Positions 13,497 through 27,983 of a stretch of 64,000 nt of DNA are shown piece after piece. The translations under genes were made by a program, and so were the position numbers. Below the pieces are notes generated by a model that worked only from the letters and a program-made list of their open reading frames with translations, was not told the DNA's origin and did not search any database. The DNA comes from Tubiluchus corallicola (taxonomy: Eukaryota > Animalia > Priapulida), in NCBI GenBank assembly GCA_030141605.1, contig JAQGDQ010000055.1, forward strand, positions 1 through 64,000, read 5' to 3'. Within the stretch, counting starts at the first letter, position 1; the number at the start of each line of letters is the position of its first letter.

Positions 13497-14779
13497 AAAA
13501 TCTTACGTAAATATAGGGATAGTCGTCTCAAGTCCAATCTTCTATTAGATCTGCCTAAATTTTATCAAAACCTTTAGTTCCTAACCGTAAACCAACAGCC
13601 GACTGATAAAACAACCATTAAATGCTGTAATATGGAATTCAAATAGTTGTACAACATACCCAATATAATACATACACCCGCCCACAGAAAAGGCAGAAAA
13701 GTAGATAATTATGCTGAATGTAGAACATGCAGAATATTTATTGTACACATAGGTAATTCTGAGGTATTTGCTTTCTTCTGGGAACATGTATTACACAACA
13801 GCAGCTGCTGCTACCTCAAGTACTTGACATGTTTACAAGGCTACATTTATTATCTCAAAGGTCTGCAGACTTGTACATCAGCGACATGATCGCCAGAAAC
13901 AAAGAAATTTCAATCCTTTGTCTACGATCTTCATTAACAGTTGCTGGGTTGAACAGTTTGAACTGTATTTACTGTACAGAGGAGAATATTTATTCTGCTT
14001 AACATAAACTAACACCGCACGAGGGCGCAAATGGCGCATAACAGCCAGACGTATTTTCGGACACCTGTTAAAGTTAAACAGATTTAAGCATCAACACTGT
14101 TAATCAATACTGTAAATGTAAGTAATTCAGAGTCTAATTAAACAACAACAATAGAAAAGCTTTTAGTGATAACAGGGTAAACAAATATCAACTTACAGGG
14201 CTTTCAGTAATATTTAATAACAAATTTCCCGTGTTTCAAAAATCAGTAGTGTATACATGTAAGAAGTGCTGAAGGATCTTGAATGACCAGAACATATTAA
14301 ATGTTGAAAAAATTACTGATTCAATATCCACATTCACTCAGTCCATTAGTTCCTCTGGTTAGTTACCATCCAGTCCCAATGGCCATGTGGATAAATCTCG
14401 TTCTGTTCATTTCCTAAGCCCAAATAACCAGTCGGTTGGTCAATCAGTCCTACAAGTCCAATCGTTACTTGACTTACTGCCTAGTTTGTTTGTCATTTGT
14501 ATTATTTTTATAACGGATTTTGGGTGCGGGTGTGTATGTGACTAATATGCAGTAGTCATTGGGCAATCATCAATGGGCTATGGAACAAATTTCCTTCCTG
14601 AGACATATGGCCTAAGAAACCAGTGAGCCAAGTGGCAAAATAGCTCTTCGAAAACAAAAAGAATGCATGCCGCATTTTGGTCATACTATACACACAAGCA
14701 AGAAAATTGGAACAGCAAAACATCAGTGTTGAAAAACAGCCTAGTCCATAATATTTTAGCTAGTGTATGTAAGCTGCAG

Positions 14780-15723
14780 CTTTGCACTTACTTTTGGGGA
14801 ATCAATCATGTATGCCAATGATATTGCTCTAAAGGCAGGTTGCCGGGTTCGCATAACACTTAAGAAATTGCTAAAAATTTGTAAAAAGTATGGTCAGAGT
14901 TGGTCTATTATTTTTAATCCTAGTAAAACTTGGTCATTACCCGTGTAGATAATGCATTTCATGGTGTTGGTAAAATAACTTTTTGCAGCAAAACATTGAT
15001 TTGGAAAGACAAAATCAAATATTGTATTTAGGAATTAATATAAAATCAGATAAAGTTTTAAAACAGACATTGCTATAAATAGAAGCAAATGTTATGAATC
15101 TTTGAATTTAATATTATCAACTTTAGGAGGAAGGTGTAACGGAACGTTTCAACAATTTCGATAAATGCATATTGTTTACCAATTCTGTTGTACGCAGTAG
15201 AGGTTGGCACACTATTGTCAGTATCTTGTAAAGAAGAAAATGTTTTAAAAGTTTGCTAGAACACAGTCTATAAAGGAAGATATTCAATTATAGACGTAAT
15301 GAGAGCATTTTAAAAGTTTTAATGAATTATTGTGGTACTATGCCTGCAAACTTTGTAAGTGATCGTAGAAAATTATTTTTTTTTAAATATTCAAACTGCT
15401 AGCATTGATCGTATTCAATTAGTGTTGTGCTTAACTAATGATAGTAATTGTCATTTTGAATATAGTAAGGTTTACTTTTAAGGTAAATGTGAATGCCAAA
15501 ACGTTAGTCGCTAAGCATTTAACATGTGTTTACGAGATAATTTATGAAGGAAAGGTGAAAATTAATGACACTTTTAATTCTTATGCACCATTTTCATGAA
15601 TTGTTTGTTTTATGCTTACTAATTTCAATCTTTATTTTGCATGTGTGTGTGCGGATACTAATTAAATCTTGCTATATATTTTGTGTATGTATATGGCTAT
15701 ATTTATGCGAAATAAAATAATAA
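14780..15723 (+). mobile_element. Degraded LINE (CR1/L2 clade) reverse-transcriptase 3' portion
   Basis: MYANDIAL (YADD-like)...LLKICKKYGQSWSIIFNPSKT, downstream YLGI-like remnant, many stops and frameshifts, AAATAAAATAATAA tail. Confidence 0.7.
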
Positions 15724-18029
15724 GGTGTCTGCTAACTACATATATCTTCAGCAAGATCTAGCGGTGACTTTATGCCTTCCTTTCACTACCTAGAATATTC
15801 TTTCCAACGCTGACGCATTGCATTATTACCTACACGGTATAAAAATCTTAAAGCAATTAAACTTACACAGTGCAGAAAGAGACAAGTGACCACTTTAGAC
15901 CAATACTTGTTAAAATTGAAAAGACAATTAAAACTGGAAAGCTACAAAACTGGAAAGAGACGTTTTCAATTTTTAAAAAAATTTAAATCAACCTTAGATG
16001 GAAGGGGTTATTCTTTTCTATCAGTGCTTGTATTTTTTAGAAAAAAAACATTCTCCAATTTCATTTCTCTGATGCCTGACATACACGCAAGATTTGGCTA
16101 GAAGTTTTTACTTTGCCAAAACATCCTAAGGTATCCTACGGTAGGTAGGTAGGTAATTAATCCATAACCAAACGACCGCGCCATTCCAAACATCAGCCAC
16201 TCAATGCAACCATTATATCAAGACAAGAAAAAACATGCGGTTTTTCCTAACATGAGCACTTTCATAACAAAACATTATTGCACAGAGCACACTATACACA
16301 TGACTGACACAATAGAGTTGGGTAATACTACACGAAATTTAATCCATTAAACTGATGGGTAGTGGCAGAGAAATTGCCAGTTATTGAACAAAATTACCGA
16401 CAAATTATGCCATCGTCGAGAGTCAGTAACTGTAATTTTGACCAGGAAAATCAATTTTTAACACCAGCCAATGGAAGGACTCATCGGCAGCTGCCGGTTG
16501 TGATTATATGAAAGGCGTGTGTAAGTGTAGACATTACGCAATGCTACGTGATGCTTCATAATCTTCGGAAAATTCTTCAGCTGCCGTTGCTGATTACGAC
16601 TCTTTCTATGATGGTATGTGGAGGATTACTTACAACCGCTTTCAAGATTATTTAATAGTCGCCATGGTTACAATACACGCTGACAGTAAATCACTAATCA
16701 AATTACACGATACACGAATTTTGTTAAAATTGATTTCCACAAGGGGAACCCTATACTATCGAGCATTTCATATACAATCTGCTAAGACACTACAAACAGT
16801 TACCATTCTAGATGCTAAAAATCTATCCCTTATACAAGATTTGACAAAGTATCCACCGAACTTCAGGCTTAAAATACAAAAACGCGTTTGTTTGTTTCAA
16901 AATCTCCCTTTGCTTATAGAATAAACAAACATGTCTCAAACAATCTCGTCCCAAGGACAACAAAAAACTAAGCAGTGAAATTCGCAAAGTATTGATTTGT
17001 ATAAAGTTTACAAACGTAACTTTATGTAAATTTTACATAAATTCACATGGAAAACTTACTTCGTATATTTTGCTAACACACCATCAACCCATTTCGCTCT
17101 TTTACGAAAATATCAATCTGAATAGGAATTCTACACAACCCTGGAACACGGCCATGGCATACGTAAATGTAATTATATTTACATTGTAATTATTGTTGTA
17201 ACATGCGTTGAGCAGAAATTGATTCTTATCAGTTGATATGTTGTTGAATTATGCAATTGTTACAGATTGATAAACGAACATCAAGTGCCCATATTAAATA
17301 ATACCTCGATGATAAACGCATGCCAATGATTCATAATAATAATGGGTGTTTATAATTTGTATTCATTGCAATCGCACAAAATTGCTCAAATTGTGGCTAA
17401 TCAAACACTCACAGCTCCCTGGCTCTGCTGATAAAGTTCTTTAACGGGCGTTTGTTGTCAAACATTTTTATTAACGGGGCAAAGATTTGAAATAATAGTC
17501 GCAAGTAATCCTGTATGTATAGGATAATTCTTGTAAACACTTCACACATTTAGGCAGAAAGAAAGTTGCTCACGAAAGTTTAAAAAAATAACAGTAATTT
17601 GAGAACATGCAACACGGCAGGTGCAGCGACGACCCAAAGTCAACGCAAGCGACCTCTATGACATTTTTCAGGTACATTGGAGAAATAATCTCTCTATTTA
17701 TACAGACCTACGATGATAAATATAATCCCACAAAGTGTGGCGCCAATATTTGACAAAAATCTGCCATACACAGCAGCTGTAATAACATATTCTGTAACTA
17801 TAATGTTCAACAATTGCGCGCGATAACCAGCTTGTGCAAAACTCGGAAAAAAGAAATACTGGTTTACACGCGGCTAAATTTGTTTTCACCCCAAGTCTGA
17901 AAAATTATCGTACATTTTATATAAAGCATTAAAGACAAGCTTACGATACACAGCATGTACTTTGCTCACCCTTCCGTTCATTTATTGATGGTTTGCTAGA
18001 ATAGCATGAATCTATACAAGTGTGAATGT

Positions 18030-18530
18030 TATTTATTTTTAATACAAAACGCCTTAAATAAATCCAGTGGTCGCAAAAGGTTACAAGGTAAGACGTAACA
18101 GTAAAAAAATATACTACAAGATAACTAGATCTAATCCAGCTGATTTGCTAGTCACAATAAGTATCTTTTAGCATATGCTTAGTTCATTGAAGCAAGTATG
18201 ATTGCAATACACAGGAAAAAATTTTGATGTACGAATTTCATAGATAAGAGGCCCTGGGGTAAAAATTGAATTTATCAGCAACTGTTTAACAATCTGGGTT
18301 GTAAAATATGCGAAGAAAAAAACTAAAAAAGCATTCAGAGCAAATTGTGATGATTAAGAAACCAACGAAGAGATTCCTCAGAAGCTGGGAGCATCATTCA
18401 AAAGGTAACGGTAAAAAAGGGCCTAATTCAACAGCAGTCTGACTTGCGATGAACAGAAGACAACCCAGAGTTTAAGCCTGACCAGAGAAAAAACATGACT
18501 GTGCAGTTTTTAATAAGCTAAAGTGAGTTA
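18030..18530 (-). mobile_element. LINE (L2-like) 3' remnant
   Basis: Minus-strand tail with a stem-loop-like CCTTGTAACC...GGC then AATAAATAA; degraded coding-like sequence upstream. Confidence 0.35.
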
Positions 18531-18635
18531 AAGTAATAACTCAGATACTTCGACTGTCAGCAATAGATATTGAAGAAAATTAAAGGCACTCTGTACAGTG
18601 TACTGTAGTGATTTCTCTGTGACAACAAGAAAAAG

Positions 18636-18638
<3 letters not shown>

Positions 18639-18711
<73 letters not shown>
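18639..18711. repeat. (CT)n microsatellite
   Basis: About 36 perfect units. Confidence 0.97.
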
Positions 18712-18713
<2 letters not shown>

Positions 18714-21700
18714 GAAAGTTCCTATCAACTCCGCTAATTATGGCACATGGAAATGCCAGTATTCACGTATGACACTAAAAGAACTCTTGATCGACTCCTC
18801 GAGTATACTATAGTTAACTAGGATAAAAAACTAAATAAATAGACCTACTCGCTTCCGAAGAGACACCTGTGTTATCTGGAAAAAATGGTTTGAGCTTAAC
18901 AGGTCAGAGCATTCGGCCTGGTAAAATGTCTAGTAAATTAATAAAAGAACAAAGCAAACAGGCCTGTCAGTGAGAAGTTTACTTTTGTTTGATGGCAGAT
19001 TTAAAAGTTAATCAACATTTTTCAAGTTGTTCAGCAAAACCTTTCATGTTATTTTAAATGCCTAGATAAATTTAGCAAAAAAAGATTTGGTCCCGTGGCG
19101 ACGATCTTCTAGTGACAAACCAACTTGAACTTACGCTTGTGTGTTTGAAAACCAATGTTGCAAACTGTTAACGTTTTTCAAAAGATGCTCAAGCCATTTT
19201 CAGGGCAATAAAGTAATTATGTCGACAATGATAGCCAGACGCCAGGTGGACAATGCAATCACCACTCATTGTCCAGTTAGTCAACAACCTCAACAAAGAC
19301 ATTGGTCAGCATCTCAATGGTCATCAGAAACAACAGTTCCAGGCCCTGTTTAGACTAGTGTTCAACCCTTTGGGCACGCACTAATGACAAGTCTATTGTA
19401 ACTGGGCCGCCTAGGCTCAAAGCCGAAAACGTCTGCAAATCTACAGTGCAATATTTACACTCAATTTACCGTCTTTGCTTGAGCGTAAAGAAAATTCTTC
19501 CGCCATGGCAAGTAGCACCAACGCCACCACACATTCATTTAATGGGGCATTAATCAATGCATTGCCTAAACCGCTAAGCGTTATAGAGCAGAAGTAATAG
19601 TATTGAAGATGCCTCATAAAGTGTGGCAGATGTACAACTGTTAACTTTCTTGATGTATATCATCTATAGGAGACTTGATGACAATGCTGTGATCTGCCAG
19701 GCAGCATGTGGTCGACTGTGTTTAAACACGACTTATACATTAGCATTATGATGGAGGTCACTATGACAATCTGAACGATTCACTAAAGATAAATATTTAT
19801 TGGACTCTGAGTCTACACGATATAAACTTTAGAATGACTGCTAGTCTAGTGGTTAATGGTTTTCCTTACTAAACTGGGCAAGAAATCGCTAAAAAAAGAA
19901 CTAAGACAGTAATGTTTTCTAGTCTGTAACTGCAGCCAAGTTGATTAAGCTTATAATACTGTATAAACATATGAAGTTATGAACAGCTTACACTAGCCGA
20001 TCACACACGTATAATGTCCTAGCGTATTGAAAAGTTCAACTATGAAACTACACGAGTCATTCTAACAAAGAAAATTTATTTATGTTTTCATAAAAACTAT
20101 GTAAAGCCTTTGTCAAGATTACGAAAGATTGTACCAGTTGTGTCAACTAGTAATCAAAGTACTATAAAATAACTTTGTTTATAACAATGCAGTCAACTTT
20201 TCTTTACAAAGATAATTATTAAAATATAATTTGTAGTTCTTGTAAAGGAAAACATGTACTGTACTAAAAGTTCTGTTCTGCACAGACTGCAAATCATTAC
20301 ATTATATTCATTGTAGGATATATACTTAATATACTAACCAAAAGCTTTAACGTTTCAATTTAAATTTCCAAATAAATATTGTTTAAAGTATACATATTAA
20401 TAAAAGCACAAATTTTAAGAATATAATGGAAACTACTCAACACGAGCTAAGCTTCAAATATTAATTAGACTGATGAAATTATTTCACATAAATCATTGAA
20501 TACATGGTTGATGTAAATGAAAATTCAAAAAAACATAAATTGAAAAAGCAACTTACAACGTTTTTGCACGCTTCTGTTACACATTTTGTGTCTTCTTTCA
20601 CATCCTGTTACAAAAACAAAATTTATTATACAACAAACTTTGTGCGACAAAGAAAAGTGGCAACTGGGGCAATTACAGTTTTATCTAGGAAAAAATGACA
20701 GGCTCTTTGACTAGCTATATACTAAACTGAACAAAAGTTCAACAGATTTTTTTATTAGTAGTATCTAGATTATCTGTGCATAATAATGATAGTTAACCAA
20801 AGTTAAGCTGGGTTAACAATTGAGTGGGTGGCCACTAGGTTCAATACTCATTCCGAGTGGTTCCACCACTCTTACCGTAGACAGTTACCTCATCGAACAC
20901 AGGTGAGGCATATCTGCTAAAGGATTATCTCTGATCAGCTAGATACTGGTCCTGCCATAATCGGCCACAATGTGCGTAATCTGCCACTGAGTGCTGGATG
21001 CAAAGTATCAAATTGTATTAACAAAATCGTTGCCTAACTGAAAGCCTTTTAATGCATGGCTGATATCACGATTTTGCTTAAAATTAATACATGTAATCTT
21101 CCAGTCATATGATATCACCTTCAATTTTATACACAATGAGATTAAGAACTTGAAAGTGAGCAGTCAACCAGTTAAATGAGCAAACATATAATTTTTACAA
21201 TAACTCCACTTAAAAAGGCCTCGCCAGACAAGACAGTTTTCCCGCCTAGCTGCTGAAAAAAGGAATTAACCTATTCTTTGAAATTTAATTTGGTAAACAG
21301 CTCCCCGGGGTGTTCTAATTGTTACAAGGCAAACAACTGACCAGCGGTCAAATGCAGCACACTAGCAAAGTTAACAATGAAAAGCTAAAAGGGTTTGACC
21401 AAAAGCAACACCTGCCATTTTGTTGACCAAGTGAACAGTAATACGCATGCAAAGACATGTCTGACAACAATGATGTCTAAAACACAATTGCAGCCCAACA
21501 GCTAGGCAAACAAGATGGCGACCCTCGCTTTGTAATGGCGCAAAATGAAAGCACACAATAAGACAGTAAAATTCAGTGCAAACAACAATAATACTGTTAA
21601 CGCTTCTTTTAGCCACGTGTGGTCATTCCCACAACTTCCTCTTCCTCTGCATAAGTCACAAAGCATCACAGATACGGGAAAAAGTGTGCCATTATTTGTG

Positions 21701-22864
21701 CTGGGCAAAGTGGGAAATATTAGACAATAATTGTGTCAACAGGATCTAAACAAAAAATCTTTTAACTTCACAGAATGGAAATAAATTTACTTCCAAGCAT
21801 CACAACCCCCCCAAAAAATTCACAAATGGCAAAAGCCATACAAAAATTAGAATTAATTAGCCTAAAAATTAAAGGCCAATCAATAATCGGGAGGCATTTA
21901 GCCATTTGCCAAAACTTACGTGTAGCCACTCGATTTGTTATTCAAGAATAAGTTTATATGCCACTGTTGAGTGACACCCTAATGACAGTTTGTCCCAAGA
22001 AATTTGCCACAAACACAAAAAAGAACACTCCATGCAAGTCAAATACTACTTGTAGGATTATTATTCATTCATATTCTTAGAACCTTTCGATCGTCTGTGA
22101 CAATATAATTATACGTTTTTATGTATACTTGTATACGTGCAGCTTCACACGCCCCATACATACACATAGCTTCATATATTGCTATACATACAGATACCGA
22201 TGTATTGCATTCATAATTCATATAGCTAGTGTATATAAGAATATATAATGATATAATTGTGTGAAACTGTATGTGAATAGAGTTACATTTTTTGAATCAT
22301 TGTTATGCTTGCTGAAATCTTCTTGGGTTCCTGTCTCCCCGCCTGATCGACAGGACCTTATTAGATCTACTACATATAGAACGTAATTTTTTCTTCTAGC
22401 TTTTTCTCTCCCTAACATCATTACCCACACATTAGGGAAGACTACCACACAAAATTCAATCTCAGCAGCCATTTACAAGCCAAGTAATTCAATCTGGTCG
22501 TAGAATCCTCCTTGGGTTTTTCATATGAAACCACGAAATGAGTTTAAACCAATAATCTAAAGACATTTACTCGGACGGGACAATTCGTTTACTACACAGC
22601 GGCTATCCACAGCTAGCTGGGTTGTGTATACTTCTCTAGTGCTAGACACATACTTTTTAATTCATGCATTCAGCCAGTTCAACTTAATGCTAGTTTATTG
22701 GCCCGAGGCAATATTGTTGCGCATTACTGGAGCAAACTCAGTCATATCAACCCACCGCACAGCTATATAACTTACTACTCTACGTACAGCAAGTAGCTAC
22801 CTGTCGCTAAATTAAAAAGTTTTTTCTTGATTTTAACTTATCAACAAAAAATAAAATACAAAGG

Positions 22865-23037
22865 AATCATACAAAGTCTCTACAGAAAAACTGCTTATAT
22901 TCTTACAAAATAAAAGGAAGCATCACGAGGCAGTCTCTACAAAAAACTGGTTATATCGTTACAAAATAAAAGAAGTATCAGGAAGCAGTTTCTACGGAAA
23001 AACTGCTTATATTCTTACACAGCAGAAAATATAAAAG
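22865..23037. repeat. ~57-bp tandem repeat, 3 copies
   Basis: GTCTCTACAGAAAAACTGCTTATATTCTTACAAAATAAAAGGAAGCATCA-type unit repeated three times. Confidence 0.85.
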
Positions 23038-24619
23038 CAAGTTACATTGATCAGTTAATTCAATTAGCATTATGCTACTAGTTACTAGGCAAGGATCATA
23101 CTTTACAATTGAAAGGTTTATGACCAATATTGCACACGTGCATACAGAAGATTGATAGCAGAATGATGCTGTCAGAGCAAAAGTTGATTCAAAGATAGCC
23201 CCCTTGACATAGTCACAATAGACCAACTCTATACTCCATATTCTGTTCCAGTAATCTAGCTTACCAAGACATTGCCTAATCCATCAATGAATGGGTTGAT
23301 CCCAGTAAGCCATATAGCAAGGCCAGGTGTGGACTAGCAGGAATTAAGGGAGATTTGCTTGATAGCCATTGTGAAGGAATAAGAACTCGGCTTTCCAACT
23401 TTGGAAACAAAACTTCTGCAAGTATTCATATTCCCCCATCTGTCCAACTCCAACAATCACACTGTCACCAACTCATGCAAAATGTGTCAAAGCGTAGCTT
23501 ACAGTAAAAGCTTGTAAATAACAGGCATCAGCAAGTGACTCATAAACATTGTGTATGTGATATAAACTATAAAGAAACAGCTGTTACCTGCATGAAAGTG
23601 ACACACACGGACAAGCCTGACTAAAACTGCATGTAAATATAGGCCTATGTGTCGGAATGCTTTCAAGACAAGTTACAATGCAAGCTGGATTTCGTGATCA
23701 AGTGAATCTGTTATGATCACGCATCGAAATTTCAAAATGTAACCCAAAACACATTTTCTTGCATCTGGTTCGCGTAACTTGTTAACTAGAATTTTTCATG
23801 TAACCAGTTAAACAGATGAGATAAACATAAATACAATACAAAAATTATAATTATCAAGTTTGTTTATACACTTCCAAACATAAATGTTCTGTACAGTAAG
23901 AGGGTTGCCATTTGGCTTAAATGAAAGGTGTTCCTTCAGAAATAATGTATTAACAAAAATCATAATCATTTATTGACAACAAGGCTGTCTTCAGTTTCAT
24001 GATTAAAACAAATGTTAGTTATTGGTCACTGGCTCATTACAAAATCACGGGATTGGCTTATTTTTGGCTAATTTCTCACTCAAGTTTGGCTAAGTTTTAT
24101 TGCAGTTTTATTTTATTACGTTTGTGTTATGAGCGAGTTGGTCATTCGACAATCCTGAGACACATTGTGCAATTATGGCAAAGTACCATATGCTAATTAG
24201 TGCAAAAAATTTTATTTCTGAATATAATTTCAAACAGTGAAGTAAAAATTTCAACAACGATAATTTGTTAGAGTAGTAAGTGTGGCTTGATGATTAAAAG
24301 TGAACTTAAAAGAGTAATACTAGACAGTTAGTTACTAATGCTAGGCTTCAAGTAAACGGAAGTCTGTTCGCGCTAAAGCTGAACAAACGTTTTATAACTT
24401 GAACGAGCATTCACATGAAATTTTCATGGCCTGTATAATATGATGATGAGTTACCATTATTACATGATCACTAAATAAAAAAAAAAATTATGGTCATTAA
24501 GATAGGCCTGTGTTGCCTGTGCAAATTTATTAATTAAGGAACCAGCAAGTAGCAAGTCCCCCCCCCCCCCCATAAAACTTTTGCAAGGAAAATTCAAGGA
24601 GGTGTATTAGAACTTTATC

Positions 24620-24740
24620 AATCATCATCATTATCATCATCATCACTATAATTATTACAGCTGTCATCATCACTATCACAATTGACACCATTGTTGTTGC
24701 CTTAGTAGTCACCACTATCATTGTTATTAATTTATCATCA
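24620..24740. repeat. Degenerate (CAT)n low-complexity tract
   Basis: ATCATC runs. Confidence 0.7.
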
Positions 24741-26928
24741 GGTTATCCTCTCCATAAACATTGTCATATAACCACTAGCAGCAACAATAGATCAGTAAAA
24801 GCAAAAATTAAAGAGATTGAACCACTTTTGAAACTTGAAAAACTTCATACATCTACAAAGTGTAGCCATTACCTTATTTTCCTACCACTGAGCAGCAAAA
24901 TAAAAATATTATAGTATCCAGTCAGAAGCTTAACACTTGTTTTCCCTCTTGCCTCCATTAATGTAAATTTACTAGTAATTATTATTTTAACTTGTTCCAG
25001 CCCATCCCTTGACTAAAAATTAATACCAGCAACCTGCTGCAACAGACAACATGAGTCTCATAAAGATCGTCTGCATCTCATAACATTGAAAGAGAAGTGA
25101 ATGTGAAGAGTTAAACGATAGATTAAACTGACCATTATTAACGCAAAAACTATGCAAATTAAAATTATTACATGTAAAACTTACATAACTTAGTAGGAAC
25201 ATAAGCGTGTTTGGTAATAATGATTGATGATGACAACGATGTTAACCTAGATAAAAGTCGATCGACAGGGCGAAGCCTATAAGCTTTTTGCCCATAGTTA
25301 TCTCATAACTGTGATATTAATAATTACAAATAACTACTTAGTATACTCGATTAAACCCACATAGACATATTTCTAGAAAGAAAAAGATTCTAGACGAGTT
25401 TGTCTAAGCTTGTAGCAGTTTAATTATTATTCAAGTTAAACTTACAAACAAGTATATTCATAATCGTTTGGAACTTCAATGAATAATATTATTTTACTAA
25501 CCTTAATATTGACTGCTAAAACATTTGTGCTAAATAGCACGTGGAATAGAATCAATACGAGATCCGAAACTTTCATTTCAAAATCATTTTAGCGTAATAC
25601 TAAAAAGGTTAATTTTACTTCATAATTCAAAAGCGAACAACAAATCTTTACACTTTCTCAATGGCAATTCTCGCTTTGGAAAATTCACGTGCGGTGGCGA
25701 CAAGATCGCACTTTGATGACATCACGCAGCTAATTATTTTATGAAGTTAGCTCTAGGTGCCGCCACCAACTAATGTGCCAAAACTGTATATTAAGCTGCA
25801 GTATTAATGTCAAGTTTTTTTTAAAAAATTTTCTTTTTTGTTTTAGAATTATTTACAGAAAATAACAATATACTGTGCCCAATTTTCCGCATTTATTAAA
25901 ATTGTAAATTGTGTTGTAAGCTTTATTAGAAAAAAAGCTATTCTGTTCCTCTGAACAAAAGAAAACTGAATTAGTCAAACTAAAGTCGTAGTAATAGAAT
26001 TCAAATCAAAGTAATATAATAAGAAACAGTTGATGAAATCTCATTTAACAGCCACAATTAAAAACAAAAAGAATTGTAATAATACCATTTAACTTTTATT
26101 ATTTAGCAACAATATAATAATATATTTTCTATAACGAAATAAACAAGTGACAGTACTTGTTTCACCTCATCACAACTTTTATATTTTTTAGAAAAAAGCG
26201 TTAACAGAAAAAAAGAAATTTTTTATTTTCACAAAAGAATTTCATAGCCTAAATAAACCAAGTTTATAAATTGATAAAAAAATTCAAAGTTTATAAGACA
26301 ATTACTTTAGTAGCTTAAACCGGGAAAATGCCTCTTACCACATTACTTTTTTTACTTTTTACCCCAAACAAAAGACTCCACTCTAATATTACAGCAATAA
26401 AATTTAAAATCGATAACATCTGCTACTAAAATATTGTTAAAAGTAACATGTAATTGCAATCGTAGTTTGATTGGTTCAAAATGTCCAGACTTCTAATAGC
26501 TGCAAATGAAATTCGAATATTAATACATTTAGTACAAAAATATGAAGTATCTTGTTATTATTAAGATCAGATTTGTCACTAGACTAATTTCCATGCTTTG
26601 AAGCGACTTTTCTTTTTTAACCTGACCACAGTAGGTGAATCACTGGGTAGTGTCAGACTGGCATTAATTCATTGAGTCTACCCTCATCCCTCTGTCACTA
26701 CTACAAGAAAGTAACACCATTATAACATTCTGAATAAAAAGTATACACTTGCGTACACACTTATGTATGCCTGTAAATCTGTCCTTAAAGCAGAACTTGA
26801 TGTGCTCAAAGTGAGCAAACAAACATTGCATTGTAACCACTAAATAAATGTCTTTCATTCTGACAACTTATTTTAACTAGCTATATATCCAAGTCTTTTA
26901 ATACACTTATTCTGCTCTAATGACTTAA

Positions 26929-27190
26929 AGGGGAAGAAAAGGCAATTTTAAGGAATGTCCCAAAAAATTTTCCATGCAAAGTTACATTAGTACTAGGCTT
27001 GCTTTCTTGAAATACTTACGTAACTTAGAAAAGAAAATTCTTAGTAACTTAAAATGTTCGCACCAACTAATAAAATGTCACAGACTCACCTTTCCAGTGT
27101 GCACCACTAAGTCACATTTGCTTAGTTAGTGAAGTGTGTGCTACGAATGTTCTGATTATTTTTTCAAACTTTACACAATGTTATCTAAAC
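26929..27190 (+). mobile_element. Family A TTAA element, short form, 3'-truncated
   Basis: TTAA|AGGGGAA start; collinear with 6410-6720 and 58367-58670. Confidence 0.7.
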
Positions 27191-27202
27191 AGTATTAATT
27201 AA

Positions 27203-27394
27203 CCCCTTCACTACGTAGTTGCTTTTTAACTGGGCCACATTGACTTTGCACATTTTACAATAACTTCTTGTGCTGTGTTACAAAAACAGAATGTTGTAAA
27301 TAAACAAATAGTTGTTTGTTATTGAGGACCAAAATTAAATATTAGTTTTACTGCTACACATGCATACACATACAAGCACACACACATACACACA

Positions 27395-27438
<44 letters not shown>

Positions 27439-27851
27439 CACACACACGTGCACACTCTCATAAATAAGCATGTACTTAAATTTAGAAGCCAGTTTTCACA
27501 AAAGGCACAATACTAATCCATAATATGCAATCACTTTATAAGAATGCAGAGCAACCAACTAAACATACGTTTCATCAATGATCCACAAGTAATTTTGCGT
27601 GGGAACATACCGTAGAGTACAATATTGTGGAATGCACCTAGCTTCAGATGCTCATTGGCTGGTTAGCGTTACTTGTTGCAAAGCAATCCCAAGCTGTTAA
27701 ACTTTTCTACTATGCTTTGCATGGCCATAGCAGCGAAATAAACAGACCTGGGTAACTGCACTTAGTGCTGCGCTTGGGCAGCACTCGACCGCCTTCCGTC
27801 CCTTGCATAAAAAACATAGGCGGCACTGTAATGCCCTCCGTAGTGAAAGGG
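27203..27851. mobile_element. piggyBac-like MITE containing a (CA)/(CACG)n microsatellite
   Basis: TTAA|CCCCTTCACTACG ... CGTAGTGAAAGGG|TTAA (13-bp TIR, 1 mismatch, TTAA TSD); microsatellite at 27365-27455. Confidence 0.85.
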
Positions 27852-27983
27852 TTAAACAGCTACTGCACCAAGTCAACAAATCGTTTCAAGCACTCATGTT
27901 TTGCACGTTCTGCTAATGACACCTATAATGTCGCATGTTTCAATAACCGAATTGCCAAAGTAAGAATAACCATGTCCAAATTT

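Noticed and set aside
22218-23500. Minus-strand ORFs and coding-like sequence
   Set aside because: No recognisable motif or consistent splice pattern; probably decayed retroelement sequence.
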